DNA from: Squalus acanthias
Lineage: Eukaryota
Direction: 5' to 3'
NCBI GenBank assembly: GCA_030390025.1
Contig: CM059431.1
Span: 121,584,001 to 121,648,000, forward strand
Length of the DNA: 64,000 nucleotides
Position 1 is the first letter of the stretch. Each line of letters begins with the position of its first letter. The notes under the pieces were generated by a model, which saw only the letters and a program-made list of their open reading frames with translations, was not told where the DNA came from and did not search any database. Made by a program: the position numbers and the translations under genes. This document shows, piece by piece, positions 62,666 to 64,000 of this stretch.

Positions 62666-63512
62666 CCATGGACTTTCCAAGGGCCTTTGATAAGGTACCA
62701 CATAGTAGACTCATGACTAATGTCAGGGCATGTGGAGTTAGGCGAAAAATAGCAGAATGGATAGCAAACTGGCTACAAAACAGAAAACAGAGAGATGGGG
62801 TTAAAGGTAGTTCCTCAGATTGGCAGAAAGTAGGAAGTGGTGTTCCACATAGACGGGTGCTGGGGCCACTGTTGTGCACCATTTAAATAAATGATTTGGA
62901 ACTCGGGAATCGGAAGTGCAATATCAAAATTTGCGAATGACACCAAATTTGGGGATATAGTTAATACCGAGGAAGACTGCGAGAAAATGTGCGAGGACAT
63001 TAATAAACGTGCAGAATTGGCAAGTAAATGGCAAATTAATTTCAATATAGGTAAATGTGAAGTAATACATTTTAGTAGGAGGAACATGGAGGCTACCTAC
63101 TCCTTGGAAAATAAGAGTCTAAATGGGGTAGAGGAGCAAAAGGATCTAAGGGTACAGATTCACAAAACATTAAAAGTAAAAATGTAGGTTAACAAGGCAA
63201 TAAAAAGTGCAAACAAAGCACTGGGGTTCATTTCTAGAGGAGTAGAATTCAAAAGCAGAGACGTTATGTTACTAAACGTATATAGAACTTTTGTTAGACC
63301 ACACTTAGAGTAGTACAGTGCACAGTTCTGATCTCCATATTACAAAAAGGATATAGAACCACTGGATAAAGTGCAAAAAAGATTCACAAGGATGATGCCA
63401 GAACTAAGTGGGTGCAACTAACAGGGAAGATGAACAGGCTGAAGTTCTTTTCTCTAGAAAAGAGAAGACTGAGAGGTGACCTCATAGAGGTCTTTAAAAT
63501 GATGAAGGGGTT
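62666..63512 (+). mobile_element. CR1 LINE RT fragment, interrupted by LTR
   Basis: MDFPRAFDKVPH, KFANDTK, RLRGDLIEVFKMM. Confidence 0.9.
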
Positions 63513-64000
63513 TGTAAGGGTCACGGACTGGTGCGAGGTGAGGCTTTCGTTGCCTATACTATTGCTTGCTCTGGTCTCCGGCCAGACTTTTGCAATAAAC
63601 ACCTGTGAGTGGTTCGACCCACGCGCCCTTACGGTTCTGACACCTGGACTTAGATGCAAGGAGCAGTAATGCAGAGAAAAGACTCAAATAGACCTGGTTG
63701 AATAGCACAAAATGAATGTCTTTATTGCATGGCGTCTAAAATCATGAAATACATGTCATAGGCGCAGATCAAAGAGTGTACCTGTATACACACGTTCATA
63801 AAACTTAGTCTATGGGAATGGGGAACACACGACACATCGTAAAAGGGGGAACACATTATACCTTAACCTTATAAACCACCCTCCCTTAATATACCTAAAC
63901 TACGTCTGGATTTGTAGGATCGGGAAACATGCTCACCACTCGGCTCACTTCGGAAATTTAAAATGAGGCTCTCGGCTCGTTTCGCTGCAGCGCCTGACTG
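63513..64000 (-). repeat. LTR of the same family as 47198-48859, inverted, runs off window
   Basis: Reverse complement matches ~48357-48859 and ends CCCTTACA at 63513. Confidence 0.9.

Overview
Vertebrate nuclear DNA, very likely elasmobranch (shark/ray) judging from an HE1/V-type SINE, Deu-type SINEs and HER1-like CR1 LINEs (recognised by eye, no database search). No intact host gene is evident. The window is a nested transposon field: Penelope-like elements, a deleted Gypsy LTR element, about 10 PIF/Harbinger (transposase + Myb/SANT) remnants plus MITEs, and CR1/L2 fragments. Three things stand out. (1) 47198-53814 is an LTR element without pol. It has an open gag (PSAP/PPxY late domains, CCHC knuckle), then a single in-frame UGA-C followed by a diverged second copy of the Gag coiled coil where pol should be, then a class I, F-like env (lokiretrovirus-like) with an N-terminal immunoglobulin-like domain. 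A second LTR of this family lies inverted at the window end. (2) Two hAT-type non-autonomous elements with perfect 8-bp TSDs carry the first coding exon and intron-1 splice donor of TPP2 (Pack-hAT gene capture). (3) A minimal hammerhead ribozyme sits in a partially tandem Penelope element.
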